A DNA stretch of 64,000 nucleotides from assembly GCA_034430595.1 (NCBI GenBank), contig DAOUEL010000011.1, forward strand, positions 68,463-132,462. Direction: 5' to 3'. Positions 21,056-30,950 of the stretch are shown one piece after another. Below the pieces are notes generated by a model that made no database searches, was not told where the DNA came from, and was given only the letters and a program-made list of their open reading frames with translations. A program made the translations under genes and the position numbers. Each line of letters starts with the position of its first letter. Position 1 is the stretch's first letter. The DNA comes from Anaerolineales bacterium. GTDB taxonomy: Bacteria; Chloroflexota; Anaerolineae; Anaerolineales; E44-bin32.

Positions 21056-21090
21056 AAAAACAAGGCCTGCTTTGCAGGCCTTGTTTCCTC
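21056..21090. terminator. Bidirectional terminator between the methyltransferase gene and fhs
   Basis: AAACAAGGCCTGC-TTT-GCAGGCCTTGTTT: 13-bp stem with an A-tract upstream and a T-rich run downstream. Confidence 0.85.
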
Positions 21091-21110
21091 GTTCTGTTTA
21101 CTAGTATTCG

Positions 21111-22895
21111 CTAGAACAACCCGACGATCTTTCCGTCTTCGAGATCGATGTCGATATCCATGTAGGCAGGGCGCGTCGCCAGGCCGGGCATCGTGCTCAT
21201 CGCACCCACCAGCGGATAGATGAAGCCGGCGCCAACGCTGGCCCGCACCTCGCGGATGGGAACGGTAAAGCCCTTCGGCACACCCTTCAGCGCCGGGTCG
21301 TGGCTCAGGCTGAGGTGAGTCTTGGCCATGCAGATCGGTAGACCACCGAAACCGGCCTCTTCATACTTGGCAATTTGCTCTTCTGCCGGCGGCTCGAACT
21401 TCACTCCATCGGCGCCGTAGAACTCGGTCGCGATGTATTCGATCTTCTTCTTGATCGACCAATCCAATGGATAGAGGAATTTGAAGTCGCTCGGCTGCTC
21501 ACAGGCTTCGACGACGGCTTCAGCTAATTTAGCTGCGCCGGCTCCGCCGTCGGCCCAATGGGTGCTCTTTACCGCGGCAAAGGCGCCTTCGCCTTCGGCA
21601 TACTCCCGCACCATCTCCATCTCGGCGTCGGTGTCATCCGTGAAGCCATTGACGCATACGACGACCGGGATGCCGTACCGGCGGGCGTTCTTGATGTGTA
21701 CACCCAGATTCCCCAGGCCTGCTTTCAGCAAGTCGAGGTTTTCCTCCGTGTACGCCTTGTCGAGCGGGGCGCCAGGAGAAACCTTCGGGCCACCACCATG
21801 CATTTTCAACGCCCGGACGGTGGCGACGAGCACAACCGCGTTCGGGATCAAGCCTGAGTAGCGGCACTTGATATCGAAGAACTTTTCCATCCCGATATCC
21901 GCGCCGAATCCGCTTTCGGTGACAACGTAATCACCAAGCTTGAGCGCGATCTGGTCGGCGATGATCGAAGAGTTGCCGTGGGCGATGTTGGCGAACGGTC
22001 CGCAGTGCACGAAGGCAGGCTGGCCTTCCAGCGTCTGCATCAGGTTCGGCATCAGCGCGTCCTTGAGCAGGACGGTGGCCGCACCGGCGACGCCGAGCTG
22101 CTCGAGTGAGACCGGGTTGCCCTTCTTATCGAGGCCGACCACTGCCCGCCCAACGCGCTCACGCAGGTCCTTCAGACTTGTTGCCAGCGCCAGGATCGCC
22201 ATGAACTCGGAGGCGACCGTAATATCGAAGCCGGTGCCTCGCGGGAAGACCGGGCTGGGCGAACCATCCGCCAGTTTGTCATCATTGAAGCCGATTTTAA
22301 TCTTACGCAGGCTGCGGTCACATAAGTCAACGACCCGGTTCCAGGTGATGGTGTCGGGGTCCACGTCGATGCGTGTAACGCCGCGTCGTTCAAGGGCCTC
22401 ATCGCTCTGGCGGCTCTCATGATACATGCGTGTATCGAGCGCAGCCGCGACAAGGTTGTGGGCAATACTGATGGCATGAATATCCCCGGTCAGATGCAGG
22501 TTGAAATCTTCCATTGGGATGATCTGGCTGTAGCCGCCGCCTGCCGCCCCTCCCTTGATGTTGAAGGTCGGACCCATGCTCGGCTGGCGAATGCAGGCAA
22601 TTACGTTCTTGCCCAGCACCGTTCCCATCGCCTGCGTCAAGCCGAGGGTTGAAGTGGTTTTCCCCTCCCCAAGCGGTGTAGGCGTGATCGCCGTCACGTC
22701 AATATATTTCCCCTGCGGACGATCGCTGACTTTCTTGAGCACATCCAGATGGACCTTGGCCTTGAACTTGCCGTACAAATCCAGGTCGTCCATTCCCAAG
22801 CCTAACTTCTCGGCGATCTCGAGAATCGGCCTTAAGTCTGCCTCCTGCGCGATCTCGATGTCTGAGGGCACAGGTCGCTTCGGTTTCAGTACCAT
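21111..22895 (-). CDS. fhs: Formate--tetrahydrofolate ligase
   Basis: 594 aa. N-terminus [10 protein letters not shown]..., nucleotide loop [16 protein letters not shown]. Typical FTHFS length and pattern. Confidence 0.97.
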   Translation of the reverse strand: MVLKPKRPVPSDIEIAQEADLRPILEIAEKLGLGMDDLDLYGKFKAKVHLDVLKKVSDRPQGKYIDVTAITPTPLGEGKTTSTLGLTQAMGTVLGKNVIACIRQPSMGPTFNIKGGAAGGGYSQIIPMEDFNLHLTGDIHAISIAHNLVAAALDTRMYHESRQSDEALERRGVTRIDVDPDTITWNRVVDLCDRSLRKIKIGFNDDKLADGSPSPVFPRGTGFDITVASEFMAILALATSLKDLRERVGRAVVGLDKKGNPVSLEQLGVAGAATVLLKDALMPNLMQTLEGQPAFVHCGPFANIAHGNSSIIADQIALKLGDYVVTESGFGADIGMEKFFDIKCRYSGLIPNAVVLVATVRALKMHGGGPKVSPGAPLDKAYTEENLDLLKAGLGNLGVHIKNARRYGIPVVVCVNGFTDDTDAEMEMVREYAEGEGAFAAVKSTHWADGGAGAAKLAEAVVEACEQPSDFKFLYPLDWSIKKKIEYIATEFYGADGVKFEPPAEEQIAKYEEAGFGGLPICMAKTHLSLSHDPALKGVPKGFTVPIREVRASVGAGFIYPLVGAMSTMPGLATRPAYMDIDIDLEDGKIVGLF

Positions 22896-23158
22896 GATGC
22901 AGTTCCTCCTGTAGGGAAATGAAGAAGCTCTGGCTTATGTGAGTGCACAAACCTCATCCAGTTTGCACCAACAACGATGGTTTGGGCAAGCGACATCCTT
23001 CACTATCTCATACGCAATCCATTACTTTGAAGGTGGAATTAGGCTCCTTGATTCAGGAAAGATGTGACTTCCCAACTATTTGTGAAATAATGTACTCATA
23101 GTATAGATGACAGGCAAGTAACCAACACGATATCAAGCATAAGTTCGGTCGAGGCCTT

Positions 23159-25270
23159 GTGGACAAGACCAAGTGGCGCCTGAGCTTCACTGCTCGAGTG
23201 ACCATAGCCTACCTTGTTGCGATACTGGCAACGACACTGGCTGCTGGGGTACCGGCCTACAGTATTGTAAGCATCCGGCTCAATCAGCAAGCTTCCGAAC
23301 AGCTGGCATCCGGGGAACGCGTCGCCAACGCTCTCCTCCAATCGGCAGCAGAAAGTCAGTCTTTCCTGGCACGACTTATCAGCCAACGCCCCACGCTTCT
23401 GCGAATGCTGAGCGAGGGCGATCAACCAGGGCTGGACGCCTACCTGCGCATTCTGCTTGATAATTCGGAACTGGACCAGCTGGCCGTGCTGTATCCAACG
23501 GGCGATTTTTTCGCAGGTAGTCCCCGGCCCGGCAAACCTCTGACTGAACCTTCATCGAATGAGCCGCGCGTTCTTGCACCGACCGACGACGGTGAATTGC
23601 CACTACTGGTGGTTTTTCAACCAGTCGACGACGCTGAGAGTGGGGAAACGTTGGGTTTTGTATACACTGGGCGTGCGCTCGACTCGGAATTCTGCCACGA
23701 ACTTACCGAAATTAGTGGGTTTGAGGGCAGCATCCTATGGCAAAGTAGACGTATCGCATCCAGCCTCAGTGCCTCTACTTTCGTAATTTCAGAAATTGCA
23801 TCTGAAGATCCTGCTTCAAGAAATACAAACTACTCAACCCCGATCCAAATCGGCGACCAGAGATATCTTGCGGGCTACATCAGCATTCCCTTTGCCGCAG
23901 ATCAAGATCTGAAGCTGGAGATCGCACTTCCTGTAGACGATCTGCTGCGAACCCAGAAGCAAGCGTTGTTAATGCTGATTTTCAGCACTGCCATCGTAGC
24001 GCTCATCACCAGCATATTCGCGATCCGTTATGCCCGGCAGATCACTTCCCCGCTTAAAGCCTTGACACTGGCAGCAGAGAAAATTGGACATGGTGATTTG
24101 TCCACGCCAGTCCCAGTGCCTGCAGCAGATGATGAGATTTCAACCCTCGCCCTGGCACTTGAAGAAAGCCGCTTGAAAACGCATAACGTGATGGAAGAAC
24201 TCTCTCAGGCAATCGCCTGGTCCCAGACGCTGATCCAATCGATCAGCGAAGGGATCGTTACGGTCAACCTGGAAGGCGTGATTACATCATTTAACCAGGG
24301 AGCAGAGAGGATTCTCGGATATGGGCAAGAGCAGGTCGTGAATCGACCGCTGACTGAGATTCTCAAGATTCAGGGTGATGGAGAAGTAGATGAATTGCTT
24401 TCAATCACTGCGGGGGTTCAACAGTTTACGGTAACTACAGGAAGCGGTAATTCGACAACGCTTAGCGTAAACAGTACCCGTTTCGCTACTCCTGACCATC
24501 AGTCAGATGAGATCGCACTTGTGCTGCGTGATGTGACAGAACAAGAAGCTCTGCAAAATTTACGCAGCTACTTCCTGGCTAACATCTCGCACGAGTTTCG
24601 CACCCCTCTATCCGCTCTGAATGCTTCCGTTGAACTGATGCTTTCGGAATCGGATGATCTCGGTACTGATGAAATCCGCAGATTGTTGAGCTCGGTTCAT
24701 ATGAGCGTCACTGGACTGCAAACACTAATTGATAATCTTCTCGAGAGTGCGAGCATAGAAGCCGGAAAATTCGCAATTCACCGGCAGGTAACGGATCTTG
24801 AGCAGGTTCTGCAAGATGCTGGTGGTATGCTGCAACCGCTTCTCGATCGCAGGGGTCAGCGAATTGAGATCCTGATGCAAAAAGATTCCGGCTGGATCTT
24901 CGCTGACCCGACGCGCATCACGCAGGTTCTGGTGAACTTGATCTCAAATGCTAGCAAGTATGGGCCTATCGATGAACCAATCGAGGTGCGAATCGAAGCG
25001 ATTGGCGAGGAGCAAATTAGGATCAGCGTGGCCGATCATGGCCCGGGACTTACCTATTCGGAGCGGTCGACAATCTTCAGGCGGTTTGTTCGCCTGCGAT
25101 CCGATCAAAGCGCTCAATACGGAATGGGACTGGGTCTATATGTAGTGAAAGCAATCGTGGAGGAACACGGTGGCGAGGTCGGCGTGGAAGACCGACCCGG
25201 CGGCGGCTCGGTCTTCTGGTTTACACTACCAGGCACAGCAGGAAATGAGTATGAAAGCCCTCGTCGTTGA
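23159..25270 (+). CDS. Membrane sensor histidine kinase (periplasmic domain-HAMP-PAS-HisKA-HATPase)
   Basis: Two TM helices flank a ~250-aa extracytoplasmic region. HAMP (PLKALTLAAEKIGHGDLSTPV), PAS, H-box NISHEFRTPL, ISNASKYGP, DHGPGL, GMGLGLYVVK. Confidence 0.9.
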   Translation: MDKTKWRLSFTARVTIAYLVAILATTLAAGVPAYSIVSIRLNQQASEQLASGERVANALLQSAAESQSFLARLISQRPTLLRMLSEGDQPGLDAYLRILLDNSELDQLAVLYPTGDFFAGSPRPGKPLTEPSSNEPRVLAPTDDGELPLLVVFQPVDDAESGETLGFVYTGRALDSEFCHELTEISGFEGSILWQSRRIASSLSASTFVISEIASEDPASRNTNYSTPIQIGDQRYLAGYISIPFAADQDLKLEIALPVDDLLRTQKQALLMLIFSTAIVALITSIFAIRYARQITSPLKALTLAAEKIGHGDLSTPVPVPAADDEISTLALALEESRLKTHNVMEELSQAIAWSQTLIQSISEGIVTVNLEGVITSFNQGAERILGYGQEQVVNRPLTEILKIQGDGEVDELLSITAGVQQFTVTTGSGNSTTLSVNSTRFATPDHQSDEIALVLRDVTEQEALQNLRSYFLANISHEFRTPLSALNASVELMLSESDDLGTDEIRRLLSSVHMSVTGLQTLIDNLLESASIEAGKFAIHRQVTDLEQVLQDAGGMLQPLLDRRGQRIEILMQKDSGWIFADPTRITQVLVNLISNASKYGPIDEPIEVRIEAIGEEQIRISVADHGPGLTYSERSTIFRRFVRLRSDQSAQYGMGLGLYVVKAIVEEHGGEVGVEDRPGGGSVFWFTLPGTAGNEYESPRR

Positions 25271-25925
25271 TGATGATCTTGCGTTAGCAGACGTACTCGC
25301 CTTCACCCTTCGTAGGGCTGGCTATGAGGTATTGCTTGCCCACGACGGGGTGGCAGCTCTAGATATTTTTAAGTCCGAAGAGCCAGAAATTTTAATTCTG
25401 GACATCAACCTGCCAAAACTCACCGGGCTGCAGGTATGCCAGAGAATTCGTGCTCAGAGCGACACTCCCATTATCTTCCTCTCGGTCCTTGGCAGCGAGG
25501 ACGATGTAGTGCAGGGTTTGAAACTGGGTGGGGATGATTACATCGTAAAACCATTCAGCCCTCGCCAACTAGTCGCCCGAATCGAGGCTGTCTTGCGCCG
25601 TGCGGTAAATCATGTGCCACTTCCCGGTCTGTTAAGATCCGGCGATATCGAACTTGATCCGGCCCGTAATCTTCTGACCCTTTCAGACTCGGATCCTATT
25701 CGATTAACCCGTTTGGAATGCAAATTGATGGAAGTACTGTTGATCAATCGCGGCCAGGTCCTACCATTCGATACACTGATCGATACGGTCTGGGGCCGAT
25801 CGGCCGGTGACCGGACGGCACTTAAGCAGTTGGTGTACCGTCTGCGGCAAAAAATCGAGCTGGATCCCTCAAACCCCACGCTCCTTCAAAGTATCACCTC
25901 CATCGGCTACACGTTGACCCTCTAA
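25251..25925 (+). CDS. OmpR/PhoB-family DNA-binding response regulator
   Basis: MKALVVDDD..ILILDINLP (REC domain), then winged helix LTRLECKLMEVLL...GYTLTL. ATG 25251 is preferred (AGGA 8 nt upstream). It overlaps the kinase 3' end, and ATG 25245 is also possible. Confidence 0.9.
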   Translation: MKALVVDDDLALADVLAFTLRRAGYEVLLAHDGVAALDIFKSEEPEILILDINLPKLTGLQVCQRIRAQSDTPIIFLSVLGSEDDVVQGLKLGGDDYIVKPFSPRQLVARIEAVLRRAVNHVPLPGLLRSGDIELDPARNLLTLSDSDPIRLTRLECKLMEVLLINRGQVLPFDTLIDTVWGRSAGDRTALKQLVYRLRQKIELDPSNPTLLQSITSIGYTLTL

Positions 25926-26110
25926 CGTTTGCTCACCACGTAAAAGTCACTCCCTCCACGATCTCATCCCTGAGATTGTTACTGGTTTGTGACCTGCCTA
26001 TTACCCACGCTGTTACCTCGCCTGATTACATTTCAATTGACCGATAAAGCTGGTTTACCCCTCTACCACAGGACCGGCTGAGATATCAGGCTTGAGGAAA
26101 GGAGAACCCG

Positions 26111-26674
26111 ATGGCAACACTGATGGATTACGTTAGAAAGCTGCGCAGCCCGGATAACAAGGTCGTCTTGCAGGCAATCGAGGAATTGCGCGCTCGAGGC
26201 TGGCTGGAGGATGGTTCTCTGATAGGTTTGCCCTTCTGCCATGCCCAACTCCAGGGTGCGGATCTTTTTAAAGCTGATTTGTCCAACGTGGATCTGCACC
26301 AGGCGCATATGGAGCACGTGGATTTGAGCATGGCTGTTCTGCGAGGGACTCGACTAACGAGAACCGATTTGCAGTATGCAAATTTCAATCGTGCCATCAT
26401 GGATGGTACGGATCTTTTCAAAGCGAATTTAAGCGGGGCAACTAACCTGATTCCAGCTCAGCTCGCGACGGCAAAAAGGCTCTGGGGTGCGATCTTGCCC
26501 GGGGGTGAGACCTATGATGGCAGGTACAACCTCGCTGGTGATCTAGAATTCGCTCGCTGGGGATGTATCGATACTAACGATATGGCAGCGATGGCAGAAT
26601 TTTTCGGGGTTGGATTGGAAGATTATCTCTTCGGCCAGAAAGAAGCCGGCGCCCTGATGATGGATGAGGTTTAG
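26111..26674 (+). CDS. Pentapeptide-repeat protein
   Basis: Tandem A(D/N)LXX repeats: GADLFKADLSNVDLHQAHMEHVDLSMAVLRGTRLTRTDLQYANFNRAIMDGTDLFKANLSGA. Confidence 0.85.
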   Translation: MATLMDYVRKLRSPDNKVVLQAIEELRARGWLEDGSLIGLPFCHAQLQGADLFKADLSNVDLHQAHMEHVDLSMAVLRGTRLTRTDLQYANFNRAIMDGTDLFKANLSGATNLIPAQLATAKRLWGAILPGGETYDGRYNLAGDLEFARWGCIDTNDMAAMAEFFGVGLEDYLFGQKEAGALMMDEV

Positions 26675-26747
26675 CCGAAGCCTCTTAGCTCGCGAACTTC
26701 AAAATTCGTCGGCCGAGAGAAATAAAATCGAGAAATGGAGTTGTGAC

Positions 26748-27152
26748 ATGGCGACTATATTGATTATTGATGACGATCTCGACATCCTGACCGTACTTCG
26801 AATGACCCTCGAACATGCAGGTTATGCGGTGATGGAAGCCCGGAATGGAACTGAAGGAATTGCGGCCCTTCGGCAGCATCAGCCTGATCTCATCATTCTA
26901 GATGTGATGATGGACACACCGACGGAAGGATTTGAACTGGCGAAGTCACTTCATAGCCAGGATCCAAGCTCGGAATTCGCGGCTTATCGCGATACGCCGA
27001 TCCTGATGTTGACCGCTGTACAGAGCAAGACTCCACTCCTCGGAGAGCCTTCGATTGACTTTCTGCCAGTCGAGCTTTTTGTCGACAAACCGATCGATCC
27101 GATCGATCTGGTGAGCAAAATTCAATGGATGCTTGCTCGGGAGAAGGCATAG
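26748..27152 (+). CDS. Stand-alone receiver (REC) response regulator, no output domain
   Basis: MATILIIDDD...LIILDVMMD...LFVDKPIDP. ATG 26748 has GGAG 7 nt upstream. The ORF-track start 26664 overlaps the upstream gene. Confidence 0.85.
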   Translation: MATILIIDDDLDILTVLRMTLEHAGYAVMEARNGTEGIAALRQHQPDLIILDVMMDTPTEGFELAKSLHSQDPSSEFAAYRDTPILMLTAVQSKTPLLGEPSIDFLPVELFVDKPIDPIDLVSKIQWMLAREKA

Positions 27153-27266
27153 GTCGGCTCAGCCGGAAGTCATGACTACGCAGGGAAGGTCCGCGATCCA
27201 ACCAGTTAGGAGGCGGACCTTTACCGGCATATCCGGCGATCAACAGAGATCCCAAGCGGGGCAAAT

Positions 27267-29240
27267 ATGCGAAAAGTGATCGGATGGCTCGGTGGGCACT
27301 TGCAGCGCTTGCAGATCGTGTCATTCTCGCTGATTGCCGCCCTGACCTTGACCCTAAACACAATCGTCGTTGCACGCATCCTGCGGGATTATTTGGCTCA
27401 GGCGGAGGACGAACGTGTCTCGCGTGATATGGATCTTGCCCGTGAGTTCTACCGGCTTAAACAGGAAGAGATTGCTGGCATCAGCCACCGGTTAAGCCTC
27501 GACTCATCGATCCTTCAATCCCTGCTGCCGGGTGCATCCGGTGATCTCACTGCAAAACGGCACATCGATGAGCAAATTACCAACAAGATTACCGTGCTCG
27601 CCCTCGGAGGCACCCATCTAATCGCCGTACTTGATAAAGACTCGGAAATCATCATAGGGCGAGTGCTCGAACCGGACGGGACTCTTTCTGAGCTCATCAC
27701 GAGTGGTAGCCTGGAGCCTCTGCCAATCCTCAGGTACTCAGAACAACAAGACCTTGAAGTTGCCGCGACTGAAGTCTTTCCGGTCGCGTTGTTAGATCTG
27801 GTCGGGCTGGCAGGACAGGCAAAAATAACCTTGATCGACACGCCTCAAGCAAATCCAAACCCGTTCGACATTCGTGAGGGAAGCGCAGGACTTGCCCTGG
27901 TCGGTATTTCCCCAATTCATGATCCCGCAGGCCAGAGGATTGGCAGTGTACTCTCAGCATATCTTTTCAATAATGACTTCACCCTAGTGGACCGTATTCG
28001 AACAATCGCGGGTATCGATACTGTAACCATCTTCTTTGGTGACCTGCGAGTCTCGACGAATGTGCCGAACGAGCAAGGCGAGCGTGCAGTTGGAACGCGG
28101 GTTTCACAGGCAGTACGCGAACGGGTGCTCGAGCTGGGGGAAGATTACGTTGGCCGGGCATTCGTGGTCAATGAGTGGTACATCACTCGCTACGTACCTC
28201 TTACAGATCATCTGGATCAAGTTGTTGGCAGCTTATATGTTGGAGCCCGCGTTTCAGTATTTGAAAACCTGGTGCGCACCTTTAACAGCCGCGTTACACT
28301 GACCGCTACGATCTGCATTATCCTCGCCGGATTGGTCGCAATCCCCACTGCGCGCTTCATCACCCGCCCCATCACAGAGCTGGTCCAAGCTAACCAACGG
28401 CTTGCACAGGGTGAGATGTCAGTACGCGTTGCACCCAAAGGATCTGGTGAACTCGCATTACTGGGGCGTTCATTCAACCGGATGGCAAGCAATCTCCAGG
28501 AAACCCAGGATCAGCTGCTGCACAAGGAACGATTGGCGTCAATGGGTCAACTTGCAGCCGGTGTCGCCCACGAGATTAATAATCCGCTCGGTACTATCCT
28601 GCTCTTCTCGACGGCCCTCAAAAGGGAGCTAAGCAGCGAATCCCAACTTCAGGATCTGAAGACGATCATACAGGAGGCGACCCGATGCAAGAACATCGTC
28701 TCCGATTTGCTCAACTTTGCACGCCAACAGGAGATACTGGCACAGCCAACGGATGTGCATGCCCTACTGGATGAGGTGCTTTCGAACGTCGAGGCCCAGC
28801 CCGCTTTCGAGCACATTGAAATCCAGCGCAGATACGATTCCGACCTGCCTGTGATCGAGGCCGATCCGAATCAACTTCAGCAAGTCTTTGCGAACTTGTT
28901 GAATAACGCTGCGGAGGCGATTGAAGCTCCCGGAACAATCACACTGCAAACGGCGCGGGTAGTTGCCGGAGGAATTGAAATCCAGATTCAAGATACAGGC
29001 TGCGGAATCAGCGAAGAACACTTGAAGCATATTTTCACGCCATTTTTCACAACGAAACCATTCGGGAAGGGCACCGGACTCGGGCTGTCGATCGTATATG
29101 GCATCATCAAGATGCATCGCGGGCAGATCTGGGTAAAGAGCGAGGCTGGGAAGGGCACGACTTTCTTCATCACCCTGCCGATCCGGCGTGAAATGCACCC
29201 GATTCAACCAGCTAGCCAACCCGCAGAAAGCGATTCGTAA
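27267..29240 (+). CDS. Sensor histidine kinase with Cache-type extracytoplasmic domain, HAMP, HisKA, HATPase
   Basis: N-terminal TM helix. The sensor region contains DLRVSTNVPNEQGERAVGTRVS...GRAFVVNEWYITRYVPL (Cache_3/Cache_2-like pattern). Second TM helix and HAMP, then H-box GVAHEINNPLG, LLNNAAEAI, DTGCGI, GTGLGLSIVYG. Confidence 0.9.
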   Translation: MRKVIGWLGGHLQRLQIVSFSLIAALTLTLNTIVVARILRDYLAQAEDERVSRDMDLAREFYRLKQEEIAGISHRLSLDSSILQSLLPGASGDLTAKRHIDEQITNKITVLALGGTHLIAVLDKDSEIIIGRVLEPDGTLSELITSGSLEPLPILRYSEQQDLEVAATEVFPVALLDLVGLAGQAKITLIDTPQANPNPFDIREGSAGLALVGISPIHDPAGQRIGSVLSAYLFNNDFTLVDRIRTIAGIDTVTIFFGDLRVSTNVPNEQGERAVGTRVSQAVRERVLELGEDYVGRAFVVNEWYITRYVPLTDHLDQVVGSLYVGARVSVFENLVRTFNSRVTLTATICIILAGLVAIPTARFITRPITELVQANQRLAQGEMSVRVAPKGSGELALLGRSFNRMASNLQETQDQLLHKERLASMGQLAAGVAHEINNPLGTILLFSTALKRELSSESQLQDLKTIIQEATRCKNIVSDLLNFARQQEILAQPTDVHALLDEVLSNVEAQPAFEHIEIQRRYDSDLPVIEADPNQLQQVFANLLNNAAEAIEAPGTITLQTARVVAGGIEIQIQDTGCGISEEHLKHIFTPFFTTKPFGKGTGLGLSIVYGIIKMHRGQIWVKSEAGKGTTFFITLPIRREMHPIQPASQPAESDS

Positions 29241-29243
29241 TCC

Positions 29244-30410
29244 ATGGAGTCTATTACCCACTTGCTGGTTATTGATGACGAACCGGGCATCCGTGAAGGG
29301 TGCCGCAGGGTTCTTGAACCGCTTGGCTTTGAGGTAGCGCAGGCTGAATCACTGGCGGAAGGCCTTGGTCTGATCGAGCAATCGAGTTTTGACCTGGTTC
29401 TGATCGATGTCATGCTGCCAGATGGCCGGGGCATTGACCTGCTTGAACCGATTCTTCGCAACGACAGCAATACGATCTGCATCATCATCACAGGGTACGC
29501 CACGGTAGAGCTGGCCGTGCAAGCCATCAAACAAGGCGCTTACGATTTCCTCGCAAAGCCTTTCGATGCTGATGTGCTCGAGCTCACTGTGCGCCAAGGG
29601 CTTGAAAAACGGCGCCTGGCCTTCGAAGCAAAACGGGCACAAGCACTGGACAGCAGGCTGAAGGAAGTTGAACATGAAAAAGAAGAATTGGCACGGCTTG
29701 AACAATTTAAGACCCACTTCATGTGGATGATGGCGCATGAGCTGCGCTCTCCACTAAGCGCTGTTCAGAGCCTGCTACGCACCCTTCTGCAAGGAATTGG
29801 AGATCCCATAACTAAGAATCAACGCAATTTGATCAACCGAGTTGAAAACCGTCTCGCAAGCCTGCAGAACCTGGTGAATGATTTGCTTGCACTTGCCGCC
29901 AGTAAGAACCCTGAGCTCGAACTGCAAATTGAAACCCTGGACATTAAAGCGCTGTTGGAAAGTGTTCGAAACGACCTGGCTCCCAGAGCAGCGGAGAGAG
30001 ATATTTCGCTGCGGTTCAAGCTGCCAGCTTCCCTGCCACGGGTTGAATCAAGCCTGGACGGCCTGAAGTCCGCGCTCTCCAACCTGTTCGATAACGCCAT
30101 AAAATACTCGCCATCCGGTGGAATCGTTGTGGTTGATGCCTATGCGCAGCGTGATGGTGTTGAAATTAGTATCACAGACACCGGAATCGGAATTCCCGTT
30201 GAGCTCATCTCCCGACTCGGTGAAGAATTCTTCCGGGCGCCAAACGCCCGCCACTCTGGGCAGCCTGGAACCGGTCTTGGCCTGAGTCTGGTAAAAGAGA
30301 TCCTTAACCGGCTTGGTGGGCACATAAGCATAGAAAGTGAAGTCAATCAAGGCACGACCGTGAGAATATGGATCCCCACCGAACCAAAGGAGGCCAAGTC
30401 TACCGAGTAA
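29244..30410 (+). CDS. Hybrid REC-HisKA-HATPase protein (N-terminal receiver fused to a histidine kinase core)
   Basis: LLVIDDEPG...LVLIDVMLPDG...AYDFLAKPF (REC domain). Then MAHELRSPLSAV (H-box), FDNAIKYSPSGG, DTGIGIP, GTGLGLSLVK. Starts 3 nt after the upstream kinase. Confidence 0.9.
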   Translation: MESITHLLVIDDEPGIREGCRRVLEPLGFEVAQAESLAEGLGLIEQSSFDLVLIDVMLPDGRGIDLLEPILRNDSNTICIIITGYATVELAVQAIKQGAYDFLAKPFDADVLELTVRQGLEKRRLAFEAKRAQALDSRLKEVEHEKEELARLEQFKTHFMWMMAHELRSPLSAVQSLLRTLLQGIGDPITKNQRNLINRVENRLASLQNLVNDLLALAASKNPELELQIETLDIKALLESVRNDLAPRAAERDISLRFKLPASLPRVESSLDGLKSALSNLFDNAIKYSPSGGIVVVDAYAQRDGVEISITDTGIGIPVELISRLGEEFFRAPNARHSGQPGTGLGLSLVKEILNRLGGHISIESEVNQGTTVRIWIPTEPKEAKSTE

Positions 30411-30580
30411 TTTCCAGATCGCACTACTGCCCGTGTATCTTCTAAAGCACCTTGCGGATCATGCGCGCCCTCAGGGCTCGCTTGCAGCGTAATTCTCCTA
30501 TTACCCTCCAGATTGGACGCATCTTTCCTTTTCTGTTGACTTTCATCTTTAACAGAGGGGCAGACTGTCACTACGGTAAT

Positions 30581-30596
30581 TGTGATACATTTCACA
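30581..30596. promoter_or_regulatory. Perfect CRP-type palindrome TGTGA-N6-TCACA (candidate Crp/Fnr-family operator)
   Basis: tgtgatacatttcaca lies in the AT-rich part of the 540-bp intergenic region, about 355 bp upstream of the Etf/Fe-S operon. It is followed directly by CATAAT/TAATAT -10-like hexamers. Confidence 0.4.
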
Positions 30597-30950
30597 TAAT
30601 ATAGCTACCAATTTATGGATTGGGGAGCCTGCTCGACCGCGACACACTGGCCCTTCCATATAAACCACTGGGCTGTTAGCAGAATGCACGCGGTCGAGCT
30701 GAGAATATTCGAGCTGCTGCATGGCCGTAGTACATTCGAACGGTCTACGGATGGAGAATGTCATCGGCTGCAAGCATGCACCTGAACCCTCAAGGACATG
30801 CCCGCAGGTGGCGGCTATCCCCTCTCCGCTCCCCACTCCTGCCCAACTGCAGCCGGCTGAAGAAATCACAGGGTTCCCGGCTGAAATATGCCACGAGCAC
30901 CATGCTCGCACGAAACCGACCAGGTCCCCTCTATAGACTGCGAGGCGTAG

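Noticed and set aside
30631-30699. An 11-bp perfect inverted repeat (gctcgaccgcg / cgcggtcgagc) in the long leader of the Etf operon, considered as a riboswitch or attenuator stem.
   Set aside because: About one such repeat is expected by chance in this window. There is no T-tract and no pattern I can match to a known riboswitch class. It stays flagged only as part of the long-leader observation.
30549-30936. ORFs in the 540-bp intergenic region: 30549..30911(-), 30721..30936(+) and 30758..31156(+).
   Set aside because: None has an RBS, their composition is implausible, they overlap each other and they carry no motifs. The region is treated as non-coding.
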